From the human T2T-CHM13v2.0 reference genome, Homo sapiens: a stretch of 64,000 nucleotides of DNA. Below the pieces are notes generated by a model. It searched no databases and was not told where the DNA came from. It saw only the letters and a program-made list of their open reading frames with translations. The translations under genes were made by a program, and so were the position numbers. Positions 52,421-64,000 of this stretch are shown here, piece after piece (position 1 is the first letter of the stretch; every line of letters begins with the position of its first letter). The stretch lies in NCBI RefSeq assembly GCF_009914755.1, contig NC_060934.1, one strand, 5' to 3'.

Positions 52421-54525
52421 AATTTAAAATAATAAAATAAGATGGTAGTAGCATTAATGTACTGAGAGTAGGACTGGCTTAGGAATGCACAAAAGAAATA
52501 TTCTTAATCAAGAGTAACAAATCAGCGTCAGCATTGGGAAGAAAATCCAGAGAATTAATGCCTAATCTGTTTCAATAAACAGGTAAAAGAAAGAAAAGTA
52601 ATTGCTTTCGGAAGGTTTATTGGGCAAGGGAGGGGGTTAAGCAAGATACCTATGCCTTTCCTACTATTACTGTTAATAAATATTTTAATGCAATTTTATA
52701 TTACCATTCATGAAAATTAATTTTTGGAAGGAAAAGACCAAAATAACAAGGAGTTAAAAATAAACTGGAAAGCCTGGAACTTCTTCTTCCGACCTTGATG
52801 CTATAGCTGAAACTGGACTTAACTCTCCTGCTTTCAACAAAGAGAAAACAACAAAGTAAGTGTAACAACTTTTTTCAATTGTCAGCCAACAGGCCATGCA
52901 AGACTCTGATCCCTGATGGAAAGATAATTAGCATAATGTCAGTCCTATAATTATCCTGGCTAGCGATAATTTCTAGATCACAATTTGAGAAGCAGAGTGA
53001 TGTAACTTAGTAGGTTTGCTGAGTTGAACTCAGAGTTTAGAGTGCAGGAAGAATATCAGAAATCTACATTCAAGTCCTTGTGATCTTAGGGTTAACTACT
53101 AAGAAACGTACGCGAAACTCCATGAGACTGAGCAAAGAATTAACAAGAAACTGAAAGCTAAATAAATCCAAGAGTTCACACCGGGATTGGGGATTTTCAA
53201 GTTTTAACCAACTAGAGGGGAGAGTCGTTATGAACAGCTGGCATATTCAGTAGGAACCCAAGAAGCATTTGTAGTGTCAAACTAGCTAACAAATAAAGGC
53301 TACTCTAAACTTATCCCAATGAAGCCAAAATTGATCTTGAAAGAATTAAGCTTTTCCATAAGTAATTTAATTGCCTGCTAGATCAAAGTTCAGTGACCTG
53401 TAAATGTAGAAAGAACATAAAATCAAGCATACAACTTCAGAAAATTCGGTTTGCAACAATGAAAAATGACTAATCATGAGAAGAAATTTAAAATATTTAC
53501 CATACCCAAGAGAGAAATTAATCATTAGAAACATGCTAAAAATAAGAGGTATTATGGGATTTGCAGAGAAGGATGTTATTATATTTATTATAAATAAATC
53601 CAGTGAATTAAAGGAAAAACAAAGATAATGCACAGAGAAATGGGTAATTTTAAAAGTAACCTAATAGAATTTGTAGAGATGAAAAATATCATATCTTAGA
53701 ACTTAAGAAAAAAATCACTGGCATGTCAGCAGATTAGATACAGCAGAAAAAGAAACAATGAATATGACTAAATAGTTACAGAAATTATGCAACTTAAATC
53801 AATCAGGAAAATAAAAGGATTAAAAATACTCAAGGATAAGTGACATTATCAGATTTTCTACACATGCGTAATTAGAGAAGGAAAAGAGAGATGGTGATGC
53901 TAGGGAAAAAAAGCCAACACTGTTCAAATTTTAGGAAAAATAAACCAGCCTACAAAGCCAAGAAGCTAAAATAACCTGAATCAAGAAATCACCAAGAAAG
54001 GGCATATTCTAATCAGATTGCTAAAAATATAGATAAAGATGAAAAAATTAAAGCACCAGAAGGGGAATAAAAGCATTACTTACAAAAGAATAAAAATAAA
54101 ATAAAATTACATCTGGGTGACATCAGTGCAAATGATGTTGTAAGGACATCAGAAAATTCTCTCCTCTTCTCCATAAGGTAATGAGTACAGTTGCAAAAAC
54201 TGTCAAGCTCAAATTCTTTCAAAACTCTAGAAATTAACCAAATGCTTGTATCAATTTGTGGAGCATTTATTTAAGAGAAATGACTGAACATTAGTAAGAA
54301 TGGTGAACTTTGTGGTATTTTAACTTGTCCTATCCCCTTTCCCTCTCTCCAGCTCTGTGGTAGCCTTGAAAACTAATGGCCCCACAATCATGGTGAAAAC
54401 TAAGGACTAGGCTGCCCCGACAAGGGGCAGAACAGGGTTGGAGGGAGCTCCTGCAAAAACCCATTCTCCCAAATTGTTCACATTTAGTCAGTCTGACAGT
54501 TTCCTATTAAGCTTCAGTCACTTGT

Positions 54526-54796
54526 CTTTTTTTTAAATCTACAAAAATTGTATATTTTTGTGTACAACATGTTGTTTTAAATATAAATACATTGTAGAAT
54601 GGCTAAATCAAGTTAATTAACGTAAGTACTGCTTCACATATTTTTTGTGGTGACAACACTCAAATGCTACTCTGTAAGTGACTTTTAAGACTGAAATACA
54701 TTGTTATTAATTATAATCACTACATTGTACAGTAGATCTCTTGAACTTATACCTCCTATAAAACCGAAGTTTTGTATCCTTTGAACTGATCATCTC
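54526..54796 (-). mobile_element. Short L1MA 3' end
   Basis: gtacaacatgttgtttt...tacattgtagaatggctaaatcaag...agatctcttgaactta; degenerate TSD ca(ct/ac)tgtctttt. Confidence 0.85.
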
Positions 54797-54857
54797 AACT
54801 GTCTTTTCTTTGATCTAACTGCAAGCTCACTTGTTGTGAGCACAATTTAACCCAGGG

Positions 54858-54880
54858 GTGTCTGTATTTGTGTGTGTGTT

Positions 54881-54911
<31 letters not shown>
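54858..54911. repeat. (TG)n microsatellite
   Basis: Visible directly. Confidence 0.93.
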
Positions 54912-57870
54912 ACACCAGTTGTTTATCATCACATTTGCCTGATTGGAAGTACAAGCTGGGGCCAAAACAGCTCACTAAATAAAAAAGGAAATGTGAAAAT
55001 AATAGTGGAAAACGCTAGTGAAATGGATGTTCATAGAGGGCTATTTTGAAAATCTGATATATTTTTGGGAATGTAGAAGACCACATGCACAGACACATGG
55101 CTGTACTCATGCCCAGAACTATGCACATGTCCATGAAAAACCTCAAGAAGACTCTACACTGCTACTTCTGTCTGACCTTGAGGCTCTGTGCAATCAAGAA
55201 GTTAAGGCTAAGACTGAATTGTGAACTTCCTGCCCAAGCATTGAGAGCAAGCACTAACACATGTAAAGAGGCTCTTGGCAGAAACTAGTAGGAGTATTGG
55301 AGTCTTCAATACACCATATTCAATAATGTATAGAACAACTCCTAAGAAGATCAATCAGGAAAAATGATGACTGAGGTTACACTATACACCAATTAGATTA
55401 ACATATCTATAGGACACTCCACCCAACAGCAGGATTCTTCAGAATAAACCATACGTTATGCCATAAAACAATTCTCAATAAATATACAATAATTAAAATC
55501 ATATAAAGTATGTTTTCCAGCCACAGTGCATTGAAATGAGAAATCAATGACAAAAGGAAATTCAGAAAACTATGAATATGTAAAATCAAATAATACACTT
55601 CTAAGTAACTAATACGATAAAAAAAAGGAAAATCAGAAAACACTTTGAAATGAATGAAAATGAGGATACAATATATCAAAACCTATGGGGTGCAGCAAAA
55701 TCTGTGCTGAGAGAAGAATTTATAGCTGTAAATGGGTATATTGAAAAATAATGAAGTAGTAGTCAAATGACGGCACAGAAATTATTAAAATATGTCCATT
55801 CAGCTGAAAGGAAAATGATACCAGATACAACTCAGATCTAAACAAAAGAATGAAGACAGCCATAAATGTTAAATTGGAAAATATATATAATAAAATGAAC
55901 TAATTTTTCTAATTTATTTAAGAGGCAATTGACTTTAAAGAAAAAATAATAGAGGGGTTTATAACATATGCAATGATAACATTATGACCATAGGGACATA
56001 AAAGAAGGCTTAGGGGAAAATGCGAGTTACATTATATGTGAAGTGGCATGATAATTATTTGAAGATGGATTATGATAAGGAAGCATATTATAAACCCTAG
56101 AATAATCACTGAAAAACGATTAACACAGGGTTATAGGTAATATGAAAATAGAGTACATAATATAAAATTCTAAATAATAGTTAATTATTCCAAAGGAAGG
56201 CAGAAAAAAATGATATAAAGAAGATATAGAAAGGTTAATAATAATATCAAGAAGATGGACTTAAAGCAAACTGTACCAATACTTACATTAAATGTAAATG
56301 AATTAAACACAGTAATTAAAAGTCAGATAGTTTCAGATTGTATAAAAAGGCAAGTTACATCTACATGTGTTCTATAAGAAATGATCTTTAAATATAAAAC
56401 CACAGATAGGTAACAAGTAAAAGAGATGAGACAAGATATACCAAATACTAATCCAAAGAAAGCTGAGGTGGCTATATTAACATCAAAGAAGGCTTTAGAA
56501 TGTTATCTATTAAAAGGGATTAAAATAAGGATAATTCATAATGAAAATAGTTAACTACTAAATAAAACACAAATACCTAAATGTACATGAATTTAATAGC
56601 AGAGCCTCAAAATACATGAAAAATAACTGACAGAAGTAGAAGAAATGGAAATATTTCTATCCACATTGAGAAAGAGGAGACAAAAAATAAGATAAATAGC
56701 ACTATCAACCAAGTTGATTGACATTACATTTACAAAACATTACGCCCAACAACTGCATAATACACATTTATTTTAAGGATATGTAGAAAATGCACCAAAA
56801 TAAAACATATTGGGTCATATAACAAACTTTTCAATGAATTTTAGAAACATTGAGGTCATATAGAGTAAGCTCTCTGTCAAAATGTAATTATATTAATAAT
56901 GAATTTTTTAAAGGTATTGGGAAATAAAGCCCAGGTATTTGGACATTAAATGATGCACTTATGAATAACCCATTAGTCAAAATGGAAATCACAAGGGAAA
57001 TTAGAAAACACTTTGAATTGAATGATAATGAAATATGATATATCAAAATTGTGAGATGCCACTATAGCCATAATTACATAAAATTTAAATTTTTAAATAC
57101 ACAAATATTTTAAAAGTTACAAACACACACATATATACAGACACAAGTCCAATGATAACATAAAAATATGTAACACATTAATATTCAAGAAATGAACATT
57201 AAAAACACAATAAAGTATCACTGCACATCACTGAAATGTTAGAAGTAATAAAATGGAAAATTTCCAAACTCTGCAGAGACACATAATTAACTCAAATTCT
57301 GATACATTGCTGGTTTAAGTACAAAATGATACAATTATGCTGGCAAACAATTTATTAAGTACTTTTAAACTTAACCATCCACTTATCACATGACAAATAG
57401 ACATGAAAACATATATCTACAAAAGTCTTGTAATGCAAATATTCCTAAGAATTTTATTCACAGTAGCCCCAAACTGTAAATTGTCCATGAACGAGTGAAT
57501 TAAAAACATTAAATATTCATAAAATACTACTCAAATACAAAAAGGGATAAACTGTTGATACACTGAAAATAAATGAATTTTACAAATATTTTGCTAAATG
57601 TAAGAAACCACATAACTCATAAAGGCCTGAACTTGTGAAACAACTTTGTAGGAACAGAGATCAGATCTGTGATTGCCAGGGGTAGGGATGACGGTGGATG
57701 ACTGAGGAGTAATACTGAATATTTTTATTATGATGAAAATTTTCTACATCTTGGTTTGTTTGGAGCCACAATATGTACCTAACCTACTGTTTTTAAGAAA
57801 CTGTGCTTTGCACCAATGGCAGATATGAGATATAACTAATAAAAGGAATCCCTTTGTAGAAATCAAAATG

Positions 57871-58112
57871 CTGAAAAGTTAGGCAGCTTGACCAAGGTTA
57901 TACTTGGAGAGTAACAGAGCCAGAATTTGAACTAACATAGTTAGTTTACAATCTTTACAATCTTTTTGGGATTTAGCAAAAAGAATTTACAATCCTTTTG
58001 TGATTTAGCAAAATAACTCTGGCTACAGAGCTCAAGGAGGCAGCATTAAGATCAGAGATACTGAAAGCTGTTGTCATAATTTTGATGAAAGAAAATGAAG
58101 ATCTATAATAAA
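57871..58112 (+). repeat. Dispersed direct duplication B, copy 1 (pairs with 59487-59694)
   Basis: Shared aagttaggcagcttgaccaag...ataactctggctacagag.tcaaggaggca...ttgatgaaagaaaatgaagatcta. Confidence 0.93.
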
Positions 58113-58231
58113 AGGAGACCTTTTATTAGCATTCAAGCAGATTACAGTCCATTCATGCAGATTACAGTACAGACCTATAATCTTAAAGTTACTATTCAAG
58201 TTAATAAATGCCATGAATAGTGTTATAGAAT

Positions 58232-58568
58232 TGTGATGGTTAATTTTTAATGTGTCAACATGGAGAGGTGAAGGTGCCCAGCTGTTTGGTCAAACACTAG
58301 TATAGGTATTGTGAAGGTACTTTTTAGATGTGATTAACATTTAAACCAGTAGATTTTGAGTAAAGCAGATTATCCTTCATTATGAAGATGGTCCTCATCA
58401 GATCAGTTGAAGGTCTTAAGAGATAAGATTGAGGTCCCCACAAAGAGGAAGAAATTCTTCTCCAGACTGCCTTGGCCTCAAGACTGCAACATTAACTCTT
58501 GTCAGAATTTTTTGCAGAATTTGAACTTGCCTTCCCCTACCATCAATCAACTGAGCAAGTTACTTGAA

Positions 58569-58660
<92 letters not shown>

Positions 58661-58733
58661 ACCATATTATAGAGGGAGACAGAGAGACATATCTTATTGG
58701 TTCTGTTTTCTCTGGAGAACCCTGACTAATAAA
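58232..58733 (+). mobile_element. MLT2C/D-type ERVL solo LTR
   Basis: tgtgatggttaattttt...ttgagtaaagcagatta...ctggagaaccctgactaata. Confidence 0.88.
58569..58660. repeat. Tetranucleotide STR (ATCT)10 ATC (ATCT)12
   Basis: Counted directly. Confidence 0.97.
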
Positions 58734-58829
58734 CAAATCATAAAAAAATGACTTGTTCTGTCCTGAGGCATTAGCAAAGACATCACAAAGAAGATAATTG
58801 GGTTGGGGCACAATTACTGCTTCTACCCT

Positions 58830-59570
58830 ATGCCGGTCAGTGTTCTAAGTATTGCGGCTGTGCTATTTCATTGACTTTTCGTAACTCCTACTCTGTGAGT
58901 GATAAAATGCAATTTGCACATAAAAAAAATACAGCTAAGAAAAATAAGTCACAAACATTAACATAGTGTACCCAAGATCATTTGGTAGGTAAGTGATGAA
59001 GCCAAGAGATTCTAATTCAGACCATTTCATTCCTAACACTCTTGAGCACTGCCTTTCAAGGACTCACCTTGAAGGATGAACAGCTGTTTACCATACGCAG
59101 CAGAAAAGGAGGGGTATGGTGGACACAAAGAGCAGTGACAACGAAAAGACTGTATAGAATGGAGTTCTGTGAGTTCAGAATAAATGACAAAATAAATATA
59201 TGAGGGAGGAGAAGGTGATATAAAATGCTGAAGCCAGGTTTTGAAATGCTATACAATGTCTTGGTGAATAATCTAGACCAGCTTTGATAGGCAGTAGGAC
59301 ATTCCTAGTTTGTTTTTAAGATGGCAGTTTGACATTATAGAGATAACTAACACTTCTTGAGCCCTTGCCAAGAGCAACACATTACTCTAAGTAATTTAGA
59401 CATATATGCATTGTCTATACTTCATAACATCCTTGCAAGGTAGATGCTATTTGAACCTCCATTTCATAGATGAAGAAAGGAAGATCCTGAGAAGTTAGGC
59501 AGCTTGACCAAGTGTATACTTAGAGTGTAACAGAGACAGGATTTGAACTAACACAGTCTGATTGTAGAAC
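58830..59570 (-). mobile_element. Two MIR remnants (about 58830-59045 and 59350-59570) flanking L2-like sequence
   Basis: ccatttcatagatgaagaaa...agaagttaggcagcttgaccaag...ggatttgaac MIR core. Confidence 0.6.
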
Positions 59571-59694
59571 TTACAATGCTTTTGCAATTTAGCAAATAAC
59601 TCTGGCTACAGAGTTCAAGGAGGCAACATTAAGAGCAGAGATACTAAAAGCTATTGTTATAATATTGATGAAAGAAAATGAAGATCTAAATAAA
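59487..59694 (+). repeat. Dispersed direct duplication B, copy 2
   Basis: Aligns to 57871-58112. Confidence 0.93.
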
Positions 59695-60799
59695 TTCTCT
59701 GAGGATGACAAGAAATTATGCTAAATTAGAGGCAGAAATTGTGTCTTTGACTACATTTCCTACTCATCACATAAATATTTGTTGATTGACTGGCTTCATA
59801 AATCATAAGCTACAGGTCTCCTAATGAGATTGTCTTCTTTATCTTTAAATCTATTGCTGAAAGGTTTCTGTGTTATAGGTAAGGTAATTCCCTCTTTGTT
59901 CCATATTCAGCTAGCCTGCCAGGAATCACATTTATAGATAAAATGGCTTCTTTCATCCCAGAGCTGACAAGCTAAATTATATTATTCTTTTTAAAAATAT
60001 TTACAAATCATGCAAAAATGTATGCTGAAGAATTTACCACTATAAGCCTCTCACCTCTACACACAAAATATAATGTCCTAGCCTTTTCCCAAGACTTGGG
60101 GAGGGCTTCTTCTGTTTATAGAGGCCTTAGGGCATGACCAAACCTGCTAAGGGATAACAATTTCTGCAACCAGCATTCTGTTTGCATTATGACCTCATTT
60201 GGTGCTGCAATATAATGTGTACATACCATTTTCAATTTGTCTAGAAACACTATTTGGTGTCCTGGCTTAGTGTAACTGCCAGAATTATTCATAACTCAGG
60301 AACCAGGTTACATTTTCCTGCATAGACTATTCAAATAATAAGACTAAAGGCAAATAGGACTGGCTCTTCTTTGCCCACATTTTTCATTCATACCCATTGC
60401 TAATTCCTTCCCTCATTAAAAATAGAAATGTTGTCATGTTATGTTGTTGCAGGGGGTATCACAGAAAGAAAGTGATCATGAACCCATTTCCTGGGGATCG
60501 GAGGGCTTCATACCAGTGGTATGTATTTCAGGTGAACACCCCAGGATGTTGTGACTTCTTTGTAACAAATAAGTGAGTGGAGTTTTTATTTAATAGAAAA
60601 TAGAGAGGAATCATTAAACCAAAATGGTCCTTACAACAAAAGCTAAAGATCCCGGAAATCTAAGCTTGCTGTGACTGGTTATATAGATTGCTTATTGCAC
60701 AAAGACAATAAGTTAAGGGGAGGGTGAATAGGCGCTGGAAGACATTATGTGTTCCATTTGATAAGTCCTATGGCTATGAGGCAACCAGAAGGGATATCT

Positions 60800-61100
60800 T
60801 TATTATTTATTAATTTTTTATTTGTATAAATTTATGGGGTACAAGTGTAATTTCGTTACATGGACATATTACATAGTGGTGAAGTCAGGGCTTTCAGTGT
60901 ATCCATCACCTGATTACTGATCATTGAACCCAGTAAGTAATTTCTCATTATCCCCCTCCAACCCCTCTCTCTTCTAAGTCCCTGTTAGCTATCACTGAAC
61001 ACTCTATGTCCATTTGTACACATTATTTAGCTCCCACTTATAAGTGAGAACGTGTGTTATTTGTCTTTCTGTGTCTGAGTTACCTCACTTTTCACAATGG
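60800..61100 (-). mobile_element. L1MA3-like 3' end
   Basis: tataaatttatggggtacaagtgtaattt...atagtggtgaagtcagggc...agctcccacttataagtgagaac. Confidence 0.88.
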
Positions 61101-64000
61101 TATTTGTGGACAAGCACAGGCTGAACTTGGTGTTTCCATATCATTGTTTATTTGCTAATAAGTTAGTATATTTTTACTTGTAAGCACTAAAAAATTTAAC
61201 CAAGAACAAGATTGTGGTTGGGTCATAGAAAGAACACAACCATTGAGATTCTTAAGATCATCCCTCTGTCTCTGTCTCTCTCTCTCTCTTTTATCCTCAT
61301 CCCCATTTCTCTCTGCATCAACCTCATTCTTCTCTACTACGTCATAGAAGCTTTCTTCTTGACCAAACACATGATTATTGAGAGCATCTGCCTTTCACAT
61401 CTTACAGATCATAGGGAGAAACTGACCTAACAATTTCCCTTGTTCCAAGATTTAAAAAATATCTTTGATAGGTGACTCATTTGTTGAGGTAAAGTCAGAG
61501 TCCTATCCTGAACCAATCAAGTATGGCCAGCAGTTTTATATATTCAGGAGGGTTTGGGGGAGGGAGGGAAATCTTAGACACTATAACTTGAGCTAGGGAG
61601 GAGTATTTCAAGAAGTAGATTTCTATGCCAAGAAGGGAATTAAATTCAGACAAAACACTTACATGCTCATTGAGGGTACATAAACTAGGAAAATTCCAAA
61701 TCATTCACATGCATGAATTTACCTTCATTTAAAGAAAAAGACAAAAAAGAGTAGTGTGCTATACTCACCCAACTGCATCAATAGCTATGCACTGTGGTCC
61801 CTCATTGAAACCCAATCTGGAAGTTCTTTTCTCACATTTTATTCTATTTATATCCCAGCTACCCCTCTTCCTGCAGCACCAGGCTCAATTCATGTCTCAC
61901 CTCCAAAAAGTTTTTACTGAGTTTTGTATTCTCTCTTTTCTCCATTACTATAACTTTGACAAATAGGTTTACAAATTGATTTCCTTAATGATACAATGTT
62001 TTGCATTGTTCATTAACTTTTTGGGCTCATGGTTCATCTCCCCTACAGAACTTTAAGCTCCATAAATCTTTTATAATGACAATTATTTTTACACTAACAA
62101 CTAAGATTACCTTAATTTTGACTCCTGCTGCTTATATCATAATACTGAGTGTACTGTTGAGAAACACATACATAGGGAGAGATTTGGCAAATATAAGGTT
62201 GAACACTAACTGTGCAAAGTACTTTGCGGATTTAAGATCCCCAAAGCAAGTAAGGGGATGGTTTCTTTTCTGAGACACAAATGGGTTACTGAACACTGAA
62301 TAATATGTTAAAGGAAAGCTCAAACACTTAGCATTTGTAAATGGTCTAACACAGAGCTTGGAGGGACCAGTATTCTCTTTCTCCTCTTCTTCATTTAAGG
62401 AACATCTTGGAAAGCAGAAGTTATTAATAAAATGTACAGAGGAAAATGCGTTATTTTCCATAAGAAAATGGAGTTTATGAACATAAATTTCCAATTCTGA
62501 GGCTTGTCAACTCAGACCATAAAAGTGGCTGGCATATAAGCTTACTAATTTGGACTAATTAAATGACTAGCCATTTGAATCTGGCGAGAGCCCCAATTAT
62601 AAAGGGTATTTAAAAGCCACAACACCTAAAATCTGAATTTTTAAAATATCATCAGAAAACACTCAAGGGAGAGATTTTCCTGGAAATTCGCTGTTGAGAC
62701 ATAACTTAGGTTCTAAGAGATTGAAAAATCACTTGCATTTGGAAGTAACTTTTCTCTTTTGTACTTATTTACATTATTGTTTGTTGAATTTATTTGTTGA
62801 ATACTTTCTCACATCTGTGTGTATTTTAAACTTGAAGAATCCATTTACATTTAATCTTTTATTGGCCCCATGAGTAAAATAAAGACACAATTATGACTCT
62901 CTTTCAGGGGCAAACAAAGAAAGACTTAAAAATGCTCCCTAACTTGCCCAGGTTGCAGTGTGAATGAGGAATACAGTGGGAACACAAATCCATACACACG
63001 TATATCTTTCTAAGACCCCCGATGAGGTTACTACTGACCTGAAAGGCAGCACTACTAAGTCAGCAAGATATTTTTAAAAAGTCTTACTGTATTCTGAATT
63101 GTTAGAGAGAAAAACATGTTGATGTACCCAGAAGACCGAAAAAAAGCAATTATGGGGACAAAAACACCCCTCTCCTCTAGACTAATACATAAAGATATTA
63201 TATTAGGTGCAATGTTTAGTAGATGTTTGAGGCAGAAAGAAGGGGAGCTCTTTTCTGCTAATTTGAGTTAAGCTTGTTTGTAATTCAAGTTATTATTTCT
63301 TTTTGTTTACTTGTTTCTATTAAAAAGATATATAGATGATAGATATATAAATATTCTCTCTCTTTATTCTTTCTGAACTGGTAAGATCAGATAACTGGAA
63401 ACAAATGGATAATCTTTGTAGCTTACACCCTAGAATCTTCTCTCCTGTGCCCTTCATGTACTCCACTTCTGCAGAGCTATGTTTATGGAGGAAATTGGAT
63501 TCACTGTTTGCCTACAGCAACACATTTAGCTGGTGGCTGTGCAGGTCCAATTAACTCTTTTAACAATATGGGTCAAATGAGGTTATTGGATTATGTTTGT
63601 AGCCAATTATAATTGTTTTGGTTGAATACTCTCTCTTGTAACCTTATTTACACTTAAGAAAACAGCATAGAAAAATATTTCATTGTGTGGAAGAAAATAG
63701 CCTAGGCAAATATTGGAAGAACAATTTCTCTTTTCTAGATCACGAAACATGACCTCTTATTTATGTTTGGGCATAAAGTAAAGCCTTTTTTGCAGAAATA
63801 AAAATAAAAGTGTTAGATATAAAACACTTTGAACACACATTATTCCCATCATTATAATTATCATTATTATCTCTACCTCACCATGAAAAGTAAAGCCTTT
63901 AATGGGAGGGACACAATGTGATAGGAAGAAAGGAACCCAAGAGGGAGACGAAGTAGACCAGGGTTCTAGTGTTGGCTTTGCGGCTGGTGAGTCATAGTCT

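Larger units (their letters stand above)
52778..57770 (+). mobile_element. Decayed L1ME-type element (5' end, ORF1, ORF2 pieces, 3' end) hosting an L1M4-type 5'/EN fragment (about 54115-55750)
   Basis: A-rich ORF1/ORF2-like sequence in order (ttacattaaatgtaaatgaattaaac at about 56285); 54130-54500 resembles the 5' UTR at 12330-12720. Confidence 0.65.

Overview
This is AT-rich, repeat-dense primate DNA, almost certainly human because it carries a consensus-identical AluYa5. It looks intergenic or deep intronic: I see no credible protein-coding exon, RNA gene, CpG island or CRISPR-like array. The ORF track is explained by L1/Alu/LTR remnants, low-complexity sequence and chance. Much of the window is layered transposable elements. 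An ancient near full-length L1MB-type element (about 12.3-23.5 kb) hosts an inverted L1 5' piece, a complete THE1B provirus, an L1PB1 and an L1MC-type copy. An LTR pile-up at about 31.8-38.1 kb includes MER61 and LTR10-type LTRs with p53-type motifs. Alus, MaLR/MLT2 LTRs, MIR/L2 relics and DNA-transposon MITEs fill much of the rest. I found no new biological system. The signals not explained by ordinary repeat annotation are three short dispersed direct duplications 1.2-1.7 kb apart, three overlapping-hairpin template-switch scars, a near-perfect p53 element, DUX4 motifs in THE1B and MLT2A1, and a probably polymorphic AluYa5 forming an inverted Alu pair. Subfamily names come from remembered consensus sequences and need RepeatMasker/Dfam confirmation.
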